A DNA stretch of 60,168 bases from an uncultured Chloroflexota bacterium. Its GTDB lineage: Bacteria > Chloroflexota > Limnocylindria > P2-11E. The notes below the pieces were generated by a model that saw only the letters and a program-made list of their open reading frames with translations, was not told the DNA's origin and searched no databases. The stretch covers positions 1 through 60,168 of the forward strand of contig CAZSRI010000004.1 of assembly GCA_964609145.1 (NCBI GenBank). The letters run 5' to 3'. Positions 9,176 to 17,172 of this stretch are shown here, one piece after another (positions within the stretch are counted from its first letter, which is position 1; the number at the start of each line of letters is the position of its first letter). The translations under genes were made by a program, and so were the position numbers.

Positions 9176-9709
9176 TCAAGGGGTAGATGAAGGCGGAGCG
9201 GCGAAGTCCGTGCCGCTCCGCCAGACGGCCCAGACGATCGCGAGCGCCTTCCGCATGCAGTGGCCGACCGCGTCCATCTTCTCTTGCGCGCGTAGTGGGC
9301 ACGGATGACCGGGTTGTGCTGGACGCCGCGATGGCCATCCGGTAGAGCGCCGTGCGCAGGTCGGCATTGCCGGCCTTGGACACGCCAACGGGTCTCGGGG
9401 TCCTTGCCCTTCTCGCCCGAGCTGCGCTCCGCGGGGTGCACGCCGACGTACTCGAGCGGGTTCACGATGGCCACCGGCACGCCCGCGCGCTGCAGCGCCG
9501 CGGCGAGGCTCAGGTGATAGTGTGCCGCTCGACCCCAGGACTACGCGCGTGATCTCGCAACGCTGACGCCTGAGCCAGGTCTCCAGCTCCGCGAGCCCCG
9601 CGCGGTCTCCGCTGAAGCGCAGGATCGCCTTTCGGGCCTCGCGCTCGCCCTCGTGATGGACGGCCGCGATGTGTTGGCGCTTGCCGAGGTCGATGCCGAT
9701 GGTCGCCAC
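9176..9709 (-). mobile_element. IS110-family transposase remnant (internally deleted and frameshifted)
   Basis: N-terminal DEDD-type start MATIGIDLGKRQHIAAVHHEGE...LAELETWL. In another frame: AHYHLSLAAALQRAGVPVAIVNPLE, joined directly to the C-terminal domain YVGVHPAERSSGEKGK. A third frame gives SKAGNADLRTALYRMAIAA. The first frame then resumes with KMDAVGHCMRKALAIVWAVWRSGTDF. Only ~530 nt remain, where a full gene would be ~1.1 kb. Confidence 0.7.
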
Positions 9710-9930
9710 GTGCGCTCCTCCCAGGTCCGTTCTGACCCCGGGGAGCTCACGTCATCCGTCCCACGTCCGCTGGTGCCCCCATCACTGGTCGGCCTGGCCA
9801 GCCGCCACGGCACCGTTCCCGGACGGAGCGCGAGGGCCGAACACTAGCCGCAACGGTCGAGCCGGATAGCGAGCTTTCGGTCTCCCCGCGAGGGTCCACC
9901 GAACGATGAACCCTCCGGAGAGGACCTATA

Positions 9931-10356
9931 TCAGCGAGGTCGCACGAGAACGAGCGCGAGCGCGACGAGCCAGGCGGCGGTGATGTACCGCCCCGCGGTC
10001 CAGAGGATGAGATCAGTTGCCACGAGCGGTGGCGCCACCGAGAGCAGCGGCCCGCTGGCGAGAGCCGCCGCGATGGTCAAGACCCCCAGCCCGGCCGTCA
10101 CCACGCCGTAGCCGCGCGGCAGTACGGCGGTCTGCGCCCACATCTTCCCGATCGTCCACCACCACATGCCACGCAGGAGCGTCTCGGCCGGCAGCAGGTC
10201 CGGCGTGAACGACGCGACCAAGCCCACGGCGACCGTCGCCGTGCCCGTGACGGTGCCCAGGACGGCGCCGCCCGCGCGCACGTCACGGTGGCGGACCTGC
10301 AGCACCGCGATCGCGGGAAGGATCAGCGCGTAGGCGAGCGCCGTCAGCAGGTCCAC
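9931..10356 (-). CDS. Small integral membrane protein (about 4 TM helices), function unknown
   Basis: Strong G/C third-position bias. Hydrophobic helices (LLTALAYALILPAIAVL, VLGTVTGTATVAVGLVA, GYGVVTAGLGVLTIAAALA, ITAAWLVALALVLV). GTG at 10356 is the first canonical start. The frame stays open, and encodes another hydrophobic stretch, up to the hbd stop at ~10448, so the N-terminus is uncertain. Confidence 0.5.
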   Translation of the reverse strand: MDLLTALAYALILPAIAVLQVRHRDVRAGGAVLGTVTGTATVAVGLVASFTPDLLPAETLLRGMWWWTIGKMWAQTAVLPRGYGVVTAGLGVLTIAAALASGPLLSVAPPLVATDLILWTAGRYITAAWLVALALVLVRPR

Positions 10357-10448
10357 GACGCCGCGACGTGACGGATCACCTCCGAGCGCGACCGACAGCT
10401 GCGCCGCCGCGGCGATCGCCGTCCAGAGCGCCGCCTTGCGCGCGTCGA

Positions 10449-11333
10449 TCAGCTCGTGGTCGTCCGCTTGCGCTCGCCCCTCTCGTCGTACTCGTAGAAG
10501 CCGCGGCCCGTCTTCCGCCCGAGGTGGCCTGCGGCGACCATCCGTCTGAGCAAAGGGGGCGGCGCCATGCGCTCCTCCCTGAACTCCTCGAAGAACACGT
10601 CGCCGACGTGCAGGCTGATGTCGAGGCCCGTGTAGTCGAGGAGCTCGAACGGGCCCATCGGATGGCGCAGCCCGAGCTTCACCGCCGTGTCGATCTCCTC
10701 CGCGGTGGCGACGCCCTGCTCGAGCACTCGGATCGCGTCGAGCATGTACGGGACGAGGAGCCGGTTCACGATGAACCCGGCGACGTCCTTCGACACCACA
10801 GGGGTCTTCCCGAGCCGCTGCACGAAGGCGCGGAGCGTCTGGACGGTCTCGTCGCTCGTCGTGAGCGCGCGAACGACCTCGACGAGCTGCATCACCGGCG
10901 CGGGGTTGAAGAAGTGCAGCCCGGCGAACCGGTCCGGGCGCTTCGTGCGGATCGCCATGTCGACGATCGGCAGGCTCGACGTGTTCGAGGTGAAGATCGT
11001 CGAGGCAGGGCACAGGCGGTCGAGCTCCTCGAACACCGCCCGCTTCACGTCAGCCATCTCGAGCACGGCCTCGATCACGAGGTCGCTGTCATTGAGCGCC
11101 GCGAGGTCGGTGCCGGCGCGCATCCGGCCGCGCGCCGCCTTCGCGTCGTCCTCGCTCATGCGGCCCGCCTTCACGATCCGCGCGAGCGAGCTGTCCACGC
11201 CCTTCCAGCCGCGGTCGATCGCGGCCTGATCGACCTCGCGAACGGTCACCTGGAGGCCCGCCTGCGCGCACACCTGCGCGATGCCCGATCCCATCGCCCC
11301 GAATCCGACGACGCCGACGCGCTCGATCGCCAT
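10449..11333 (-). CDS. hbd: 3-hydroxyacyl/3-hydroxybutyryl-CoA dehydrogenase (NAD-binding)
   Basis: The ATG at 11333 gives 294 aa. MAIERVGVVGFGAMGSGIAQV Rossmann motif; SNTSSLPI, HFFNPAPVMQLVEV, GFIVNRLLVPY, KLGLRHPMGPFEL. Confidence 0.9.
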   Translation of the reverse strand: MAIERVGVVGFGAMGSGIAQVCAQAGLQVTVREVDQAAIDRGWKGVDSSLARIVKAGRMSEDDAKAARGRMRAGTDLAALNDSDLVIEAVLEMADVKRAVFEELDRLCPASTIFTSNTSSLPIVDMAIRTKRPDRFAGLHFFNPAPVMQLVEVVRALTTSDETVQTLRAFVQRLGKTPVVSKDVAGFIVNRLLVPYMLDAIRVLEQGVATAEEIDTAVKLGLRHPMGPFELLDYTGLDISLHVGDVFFEEFREERMAPPPLLRRMVAAGHLGRKTGRGFYEYDERGERKRTTTS

Positions 11334-11400
11334 CGCTGTCACCCCTATTTCGTGCTGCGCGAAAAGTACGCGCGAGAGCCACGCGCGGCGAATGGGCCGA

Positions 11401-11469
11401 GCGAGGGTCCGGTTCTGCCGGCCCGAGCCAGTCCAGAAGGCCGCGAGCGAGCGAAGCGAGCCGACGGCG
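11401..11469 (+). repeat. Hairpin-containing repeat element, copy A (17 nt upstream of the coxS-like start)
   Basis: Part 1 is gcgagggtccggttctgccggcccgagccagtcc. Part 2 is gccgcgagcgagcgaagcgagccgacggcg, identical over 30 nt to copy B. Confidence 0.75.
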
Positions 11470-11485
11470 GCAGAAGGGGGGCCGA

Positions 11486-12124
11486 ATGACCCGTCCGGAA
11501 GACACCGTCGTCGGCCGGTACCCTTCGCGTGTGCCCCGCAGCCCTGCCGCCGTGGGTCCGGGCGCCCTCGACGTCGCGCTCGAGGTGAACGGCTCCCGCA
11601 CGTCGGTCCACGTCCCGCCGCACGCGACGCTCCTCGACGTGCTCCGCGAGGAGCTCGGTCTCCTCGGCGCGAAGAGGGTGTGCGACGAGGGCACGTGCGG
11701 CGCCTGCACCGTGCTCGTCGACGGCCGGCCGGTGTACTCGTGCATGACGCTCGCGGTCGCATGCGAGGGACGCTCGGTCGAGACGGTCGAGGGCCTCGCG
11801 AGGGACGGCGCGCTCCACCCCGTGCAGGAGGCGTTCATCGCCCACGACGCCTTCCAGTGCGGCTTCTGCACGCCCGGGCAGGTGATGTCGGTCGTCGCGC
11901 TGCTGCGCGAGAACGACGCGCCGACCGCCGACGACGTGAAGCGGGCCGTGTCGGGGAACCTCTGCCGCTGCGGCGCGTACCCGAACATCGTCGAAGCCGC
12001 GCTGGCCGCCGCGAGAAGGAGGAACGGGCGAGGATCCGGCTCCGCCGGTCCGAGCGAGTCCCGTAAGAGCGGAGCGGCTCGCCGCGAGCGAGCGAAGCGA
12101 GCCGACGGCGATCGAACGAAATGA
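11486..12124 (+). CDS. Xanthine dehydrogenase/CoxS-family [2Fe-2S] small subunit, with a repeat-encoded C-terminal tail
   Basis: 212-aa ORF. CDEGTCGACTV and FQCGFCTPG...GNLCRCGAY cluster motifs. The last ~35 aa (RRRNGRGSGSAGPSESRKSGAARRERAKRADGDRTK) are encoded by repeat copy B. The stop overlaps the next start (ATGA). Confidence 0.85.
   Translation: MTRPEDTVVGRYPSRVPRSPAAVGPGALDVALEVNGSRTSVHVPPHATLLDVLREELGLLGAKRVCDEGTCGACTVLVDGRPVYSCMTLAVACEGRSVETVEGLARDGALHPVQEAFIAHDAFQCGFCTPGQVMSVVALLRENDAPTADDVKRAVSGNLCRCGAYPNIVEAALAAARRRNGRGSGSAGPSESRKSGAARRERAKRADGDRTK
12028..12110 (+). repeat. Hairpin-containing repeat element, copy B (inside the 3' end of the coxS-like ORF, 10 nt upstream of the large-subunit start)
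   Basis: Part 1 is gcgaggatccggctccgccggtccgagcgagtcc, followed by a 19-nt spacer and then the 30-nt part 2, identical to copy A. Confidence 0.75.
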
Positions 12125-14397
12125 CGAAGGTCGTCCGAACGCGCGTCGAGTTCGAGGGCACGGTCAGCGAGGAGCTCGCGCTCGTCCAGGGCGAGGACGC
12201 GACGCCGTGGGCGGAGGGCGAAGGGCTCGGGATCGTCGGCCATCCGCAGCGGCGCATCGAGGGCGTCGCTAAGGTGACGGGCCGTGCGCGGTACACGCAC
12301 GACCTCCGCCTGCCCGGGATGCTCCACGCGCGCATCCTCCGCAGCCCGCATCCGCGCGCCCGCGTCCGCCGGGTCGATGCGAGCAGGGCGCTCGCGCTCC
12401 CCGGCGTGCGCAGCGTGCTCCACCGCTTCAACGCGCCGAAGGCGGCGTTCCGCGGCGAGGAGACGATCTTCCGCGACGAGGTGCGCTTCGTCGGTGACGA
12501 GGTCGCCGCGGTGTGCGCCGACGGCGAGGCGATCGCCGACGAAGCGCTCGGCCTCATCTCCGTCGACTACGAGGTGCTCGCGCACGTCGTCGACCTCGAG
12601 GAGGCGATCGACGACGCCTCGCCGCGCATCGACGAGAAGGGCAACGTCCACGAGGCCGACCGCCACGAGCGCGGCGACGTCCACCAGGCGTTCAGGGACG
12701 CCGACGCGACGGTCGAGGCGGCGTACCGCACGTCGACGCAGCTGCACAACTCGCTCGAGACGCACGGGGCCGTCGCGGTGTGGGACGGCGACCTCCTCAC
12801 GGTCTACGAATCGACGCAGCACCTCTTCGGCGTGAGGGCGGGGCTTCAGGCCGCGCTGCGGATCCCGTACTCGAGGATCCGCGTCGTGTGCGAGCACATG
12901 GGCGGCGGCTTCGGATCGAAGGGCGGGATCGGGAAGTACACGATCGTCGCGGCGCTGTTCGCGCGCGAGCTCGGCGCGCCGGTGCGCTGCGTCCTCGACC
13001 GCCGCGAGGAGAACGTCGCCGCGGGGAACCGCTCGGCGACGCTGCAGAAGCTGCGGATCGCGGCGAAGGGCGGCCGCATCACCGCGATCGCGCACGACTC
13101 CTGGGAGAATGCGGGCCAGGGCCGGTGGGTCGCGGGGGCGACCGGCCCGACGAAGTCGCTCTACGACGTCCCGAACGTCCTCACGCGCGCGTACCGCGTC
13201 GTCTCGAACACCGGCGCGCTCTCGGCGTTCCGCGCGCCGGGCTACGTCGAGGGCACGTTCGCGCTCGAGTCCGCGATCGACGAGCTCGCCGACGAGATCG
13301 GCGTCGACCCGCTCGAGCTGCGCATCCGGCACGCCGCGAGCCAGGAAGACCCCGTGAGCGGGCTGCGCTACTCGCTGAAGCGCCTCCTGCGCTGCTATGA
13401 GATCGGCGCGGAGGAGATCGGCTGGTCCCGCCGCAAGGCCAAGGGCCTGCGCGCGTCCGCTCCCGGACTGCGGCGCGGGCTCGGCATGGCGTCGCAGATC
13501 TGGAGCGGCGGCGGAACGCCGCCCGCGTACGCGACCGTGCACCTCAACCCCGACGGCACCGCGATCGCGCGGATCGGCACGCAGGACATCGGCACCGGCA
13601 CGCGGACGGTCATCGCGCAGGTGTGCGCGGAGGAGCTCGGGCTCGACGTCGCCGACGTGCGCGTCGAGATCGGCGACACCGAGTCGCCGTACGCGCCGAT
13701 CTCCGCGGGATCGCTCACCGTCCCATCGGTGACGCCGGCGGTGCGCCTCGCGGCGAAGGACGCGCGCGAGCAGCTCCTCGACGTCGCGGCGGGCGTCCTC
13801 GAGGTCTCGAAGGCGGAGCTCCGGATCGAGAGGGGGCACGTCGTCAGCCCCGGCGCGCGCACGTCGATCGCGAAGGTGCTCGAGGACCTCGAGAACTACA
13901 CCGTCGTCGGCCGCGGCTCGCGCATGCCGAACCCCGACGACCTCGCGCTGAAGACGTTCGGCGCGCACTTCGCCGAGGTCGAGGTCGATCCCGCGACGGG
14001 CGAGATCGTCGTCGACAGGGTCGTCGCGGTGCACGACGTCGGCCGCATCGTGAACCCGCTCACGGCGCGGTCGCAGGTCGAGGGCGGCGTGATCCAGGCG
14101 CTCGGGTTCGCGCTCTCCGAGGAGCGCGTCGTCGACCGGCCGACCGGACGCGTGATGACGGCGAGCCTCGAGACGTACAAGGTCCCGACGGTGAGGGACG
14201 TCCCGCGGATCGTCGTGCGCTTCACCGACGTGCCCGACACCGCGGCGAACAACGTCGGCGCGAAGGGGCTCGGCGAGCCGCCGATCATCCCGACCGCGGC
14301 GGCCGTGGCGAACGCGGCCGCGAACGCGCTCGGCGTGCGCATCCGCCACGTGCCGATGACGAGGAAGCGCGTCCTCGACGCGCTCGCGCGCGCATGA
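12121..14397 (+). CDS. Xanthine dehydrogenase-family molybdopterin-binding large subunit (aldehyde oxidoreductase/PaoC-like)
   Basis: 758-aa ORF. RIEGVAKVTGRARYTHD N-terminal motif, GGGFGSKG, AFRAPGY, GLGEPPIIPTAAAVANA. Confidence 0.9.
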   Translation: MTKVVRTRVEFEGTVSEELALVQGEDATPWAEGEGLGIVGHPQRRIEGVAKVTGRARYTHDLRLPGMLHARILRSPHPRARVRRVDASRALALPGVRSVLHRFNAPKAAFRGEETIFRDEVRFVGDEVAAVCADGEAIADEALGLISVDYEVLAHVVDLEEAIDDASPRIDEKGNVHEADRHERGDVHQAFRDADATVEAAYRTSTQLHNSLETHGAVAVWDGDLLTVYESTQHLFGVRAGLQAALRIPYSRIRVVCEHMGGGFGSKGGIGKYTIVAALFARELGAPVRCVLDRREENVAAGNRSATLQKLRIAAKGGRITAIAHDSWENAGQGRWVAGATGPTKSLYDVPNVLTRAYRVVSNTGALSAFRAPGYVEGTFALESAIDELADEIGVDPLELRIRHAASQEDPVSGLRYSLKRLLRCYEIGAEEIGWSRRKAKGLRASAPGLRRGLGMASQIWSGGGTPPAYATVHLNPDGTAIARIGTQDIGTGTRTVIAQVCAEELGLDVADVRVEIGDTESPYAPISAGSLTVPSVTPAVRLAAKDAREQLLDVAAGVLEVSKAELRIERGHVVSPGARTSIAKVLEDLENYTVVGRGSRMPNPDDLALKTFGAHFAEVEVDPATGEIVVDRVVAVHDVGRIVNPLTARSQVEGGVIQALGFALSEERVVDRPTGRVMTASLETYKVPTVRDVPRIVVRFTDVPDTAANNVGAKGLGEPPIIPTAAAVANAAANALGVRIRHVPMTRKRVLDALARA

Positions 14398-15371
14398 GGC
14401 CGTTCTCGTACGTCCGCGCCGGCTCGGTCGCGGAGGCGGCGCGCCTGCTCGGCCGCGGCTCGGCGGCGCTCGCCGGCGGCACCGACCTCCTCGGACTCAT
14501 GAAGGGCGGGATCGCGGCGCCCGAGCGTCTCGTCGACATCTCGCGCATCGAGGGGCTCACGGGCTTCACGCGCGAGCGCGGCGCGGGGGTGCGCATCGGT
14601 GCGCTCACGCCGCTCGTGGACCTAGAGCGGAGCGACCAGCTCGCGCGCTACCTGCCGATCGTGCGCGAGGCGCTCGCCGACGCGGCCACGCTCCAGCTGC
14701 GCACGATGGGCACGCTCGGCGGGAACCTCCTGCAGCGCAACCGCTGCTGGTACTTCCGCGACGAGGCCGTGCCGTGCTGGCTGAAGGGCGGGAAGCGGTG
14801 CTACGCGGTCGACGGGGAGAACCGCTACCACGCCGTCATCGGCACGGACGGCGGATGCAACCGCGTCCTTCCGAGCGACCTCGTGCCGGCGCTCGCCGCG
14901 TACGACGCGCGCGTCACGCTCGTCGGCGCGCGCGGCACGCGCACGATCCCGCTCGCCGAGCTCTTCACGGATCCCGCGCTCCATCGGCGCGAGGAGCACA
15001 CGATCCGCGGCGGCGAGATCCTCACACAGGTGACGATCCCCGACGCGGCCCTGCAGCGGCGCGGCACCTACCTCAAGGCGATGGAGCGCAAGGCGTGGAG
15101 CTTCGCGCTCGTGTCGGTGGCGGCCGCGGGGCGTGTCCGCGAGGGCAAGCTTCGCGACGTCCGCGTCGTCCTCGGCGGGGTCGCCCCGGGTCCGTGGCGC
15201 GTCGAGGCGGCGGAGGCCGCGCTCGACAGCCGGCTCTACACGGACGAGCTCGGGCGCGAGGCCGCGGAGCTCGTCATGGCGCACGCCACGCCGCTGCGCG
15301 ACAACGCCTACAAGGTGCCGCTCGCGAAGGAGCTGATCCGGCGCGCGCTCGCGAAGATCGCCGCGCCCTAG
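14394..15371 (+). CDS. Xanthine dehydrogenase-family FAD-binding subunit with a 4-Cys insertion (PaoB-like)
   Basis: ATG at 14394 (ATGA overlap) gives 325 aa. MRPFSYVRAGSVAEA...AGGTDLLGLMK FAD_binding_5 start. Cys118, Cys128, Cys136 and Cys155 lie in RCWYFRDEAVPCWLKGGKRCYAVDGENRYHAVIGTDGGC. Confidence 0.9.
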   Translation: MRPFSYVRAGSVAEAARLLGRGSAALAGGTDLLGLMKGGIAAPERLVDISRIEGLTGFTRERGAGVRIGALTPLVDLERSDQLARYLPIVREALADAATLQLRTMGTLGGNLLQRNRCWYFRDEAVPCWLKGGKRCYAVDGENRYHAVIGTDGGCNRVLPSDLVPALAAYDARVTLVGARGTRTIPLAELFTDPALHRREEHTIRGGEILTQVTIPDAALQRRGTYLKAMERKAWSFALVSVAAAGRVREGKLRDVRVVLGGVAPGPWRVEAAEAALDSRLYTDELGREAAELVMAHATPLRDNAYKVPLAKELIRRALAKIAAP

Positions 15372-16552
15372 GTGCAGTCGGCGGGCGGCCTCCCGCCGCG
15401 CCGGCAGAGGATCGCGATCGGCTTCCCCGAGGAGAGGTCGACGACCGGCATGATCGAGTCGTCACCGCCGCCGATCGCCGTGAGCTTCGTGCCGTCGCGC
15501 GACCACTCCGGCGCGTAGACGGAGCCGGCGCCGAGGTCCACGCGCGACGGCCCCGTCCCGTCGGCGTTGCGGACCCAGATCCCCCCGGAGTTCGCGCGAT
15601 CGGCCTGCGACTCGACGTAGAGGAAGCGGTCGAGCGCGGGCTGCCAGCGCACCCACCAGATCCTCGTGAGCGTGCCCCCGCTCGTCACGACGTCGACCGT
15701 CTTCCCGGTCGCGAGGTCGTACGTGTAGGCGCGGCTCGGCGACGACGTCGTCGCCGCGACCAGGAGCTCCGGCGCGCTCGCTCGCCATGACGCGTCCTCG
15801 CCCGGACCGACGACCGTCTCCGCTCCACCGCTCGCCGCGATGACGTGCACCTCGCTGCCCGCGTCCGTCTCGCGCGCGAGCGCGAGGCGCGAGGAGTCGG
15901 TCGACCACGCGAGCGTCATCGCCGGCACGCTCGTGGCGGACGGATCCCCGATGCGTGTCGCGCCGCCCGCCGAGGTCGGCGCGACCCACACGCCGAGGTC
16001 GCTCCCACCGTCGGCGGGGTACTTCGTGAACGCGAAGCGCGAGCCGTCGGGCGAGATCCGCGCCGAGACCGCGACGACGCCGGGCTCCTCGTAGGCGAGC
16101 GCGACCGCGCCGGTCTCCGGTCGGAGGAGGTACAGCGCGACGCGCGACCGCGTCCCGGCGGCCGAGACGAGAACGGATCGGCCGTCGGGCGTCGCGCTGT
16201 ATCCGCCCACGGGCGCGGCCGGTCCCTCCCAGTCCGCGACGGGCTTCGGCGCCTGGCGCGCGTTCAGATCGACGAGCCAGAGCGTCGTGGCGAAGCCGCC
16301 CGCGATCTCGTGGTCGATCGCGACGAAGCGGAAGCTCTCGGGCAGCGCGCCGACGGCGCTCGCGCGCACGCCGGGCCGCGGGGTGGGCGCCGGGGTCGAC
16401 GACGGGGTCGTCGTGGCGGTCGCGGCCGTCGGGCGCGGCGACGCGGGGATCCGCGCCGTCGCGCTGTGCGTCGGCGTCGGCGTCGCGACGGCGGCGGGCG
16501 GCCCGCACGCCGCGAGGAGGACGGACGCCGCGATCAGGGTCGCCCTTCGCAC
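15368..16552 (-). CDS. TolB-like beta-propeller lipoprotein (PD40/WD40-like repeats)
   Basis: GTG at 16552 gives VRRATLIAASVLLAACG (lipobox L-A-A-C), then a PT-rich linker. Repeated motifs: SPDGSRFAF, WSTDSSRLAL, WSRDGTKL. 394 aa. Confidence 0.7.
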   Translation of the reverse strand: MRRATLIAASVLLAACGPPAAVATPTPTHSATARIPASPRPTAATATTTPSSTPAPTPRPGVRASAVGALPESFRFVAIDHEIAGGFATTLWLVDLNARQAPKPVADWEGPAAPVGGYSATPDGRSVLVSAAGTRSRVALYLLRPETGAVALAYEEPGVVAVSARISPDGSRFAFTKYPADGGSDLGVWVAPTSAGGATRIGDPSATSVPAMTLAWSTDSSRLALARETDAGSEVHVIAASGGAETVVGPGEDASWRASAPELLVAATTSSPSRAYTYDLATGKTVDVVTSGGTLTRIWWVRWQPALDRFLYVESQADRANSGGIWVRNADGTGPSRVDLGAGSVYAPEWSRDGTKLTAIGGGDDSIMPVVDLSSGKPIAILCRRGGRPPADCT

Positions 16553-16566
16553 GCGGCGATGGTCGC

Positions 16567-17172
16567 TCAGGCGCGGTGCTTCGGCCAGCCTCCCGGCGGG
16601 ATCTCGCCGCGTTCGATCGCGAGGAGATAGCGCTTCGCGTCGAGCCCGCCGCCGTATCCCCCGAGCGTCCCGTCGCTCGCGACGACGCGATGACACGGCA
16701 CGACGATCGGGATCGGATTGGAGCCGACCGCGGCGCCGGCGGCGCGCGACGCCTGCTCGTTGCCCGCGGCGCGCGCGACGGCGCGGTACGTCAGGAGGTC
16801 GCCGTACACGATGCGGCTCGTCGTGCGCAGGACGCGCTCCTGGAACGGCGTGAGCCCGCGCAGGTCGAAGTCGACCGTGAACGCGCGCCGCCTGCCGCGG
16901 AAGTACTCGTCGAGCTCGCGCGCGAGCGGCGCGACGCGCCGCGCGTCGGGTGCGATCCCCGGACCGAAGAGGCGCACGAGGCGGCGCATCTCCCAGTCGC
17001 TCGGCTCGGCCCCGAACGCGATCGTGACGACGCCCTTCGGGCCCACCGCGGTCCAGAGCCGTCCGACGGGCGTGTCGATCGTCCCGTATCCCACGGTCAC
17101 CAGCCCCTCGCGCTTCGCGCGCGCCATGAGGCGCTCGCGCGCCGCGGCGATCGCCGTCGCCTGGTCCGTCAT
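16567..17172 (-). CDS. ogt: Methylated-DNA--protein-cysteine methyltransferase (Ogt/MGMT family)
   Basis: 201 aa. C-terminal TYRAVARAAGNEQASRAAGAAVGSNPIPIVVPCHRVV (PCHRV active site) ...YGGGLDAKRYLL. The start overlaps the sigma factor stop by 4 nt. Confidence 0.85.
   Translation of the reverse strand: MTDQATAIAAARERLMARAKREGLVTVGYGTIDTPVGRLWTAVGPKGVVTIAFGAEPSDWEMRRLVRLFGPGIAPDARRVAPLARELDEYFRGRRRAFTVDFDLRGLTPFQERVLRTTSRIVYGDLLTYRAVARAAGNEQASRAAGAAVGSNPIPIVVPCHRVVASDGTLGGYGGGLDAKRYLLAIERGEIPPGGWPKHRA

Noticed and set aside
8873-9190. A 105-aa + strand ORF after the zincin gene, and a weak stem (GCGACG…CGTCGC) at ~8895-8925 as a terminator.
   Set aside because: The ORF translation is low complexity with poor codon bias. 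The stem is only 6 bp, has a 14-nt loop and has no T-tract.
11394-11485. The idea that the repeat upstream of the molybdoenzyme genes is a Moco riboswitch.
   Set aside because: I cannot reproduce the Moco motif consensus from memory well enough to match it. The element is only ~70-85 nt, and two of the three copies lie inside translated sequence. This is left as a test (Rfam scan), not a call.
11486-11560. A Tat signal on the N-terminal extension of the first [2Fe-2S] subunit, as in periplasmic PaoA.
   Set aside because: The extension (MTRPEDTVVGRYPSRVPRSPAAVGPG) has no twin-arginine S/T-R-R-x-F-L-K motif or hydrophobic h-region. It may simply reflect an upstream mis-start.
11089-14349. Very long antisense ORFs: for example 1086 aa at 11089-14349 (-), 1081 aa at 24403-27648 (-), 1018 aa at 44775-47831 (-), 836 aa at 21465-23975 (+), 706 aa at 53213-55333 (-), and many of 200-600 aa.
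   Set aside because: Their translations are Arg/Ala/Pro/Gly-rich low-complexity strings with no motifs. They lie opposite genes with clear family signatures and proper G/C third-position bias. These are typical shadow ORFs of a high-GC genome, where stop codons are rare in all frames.
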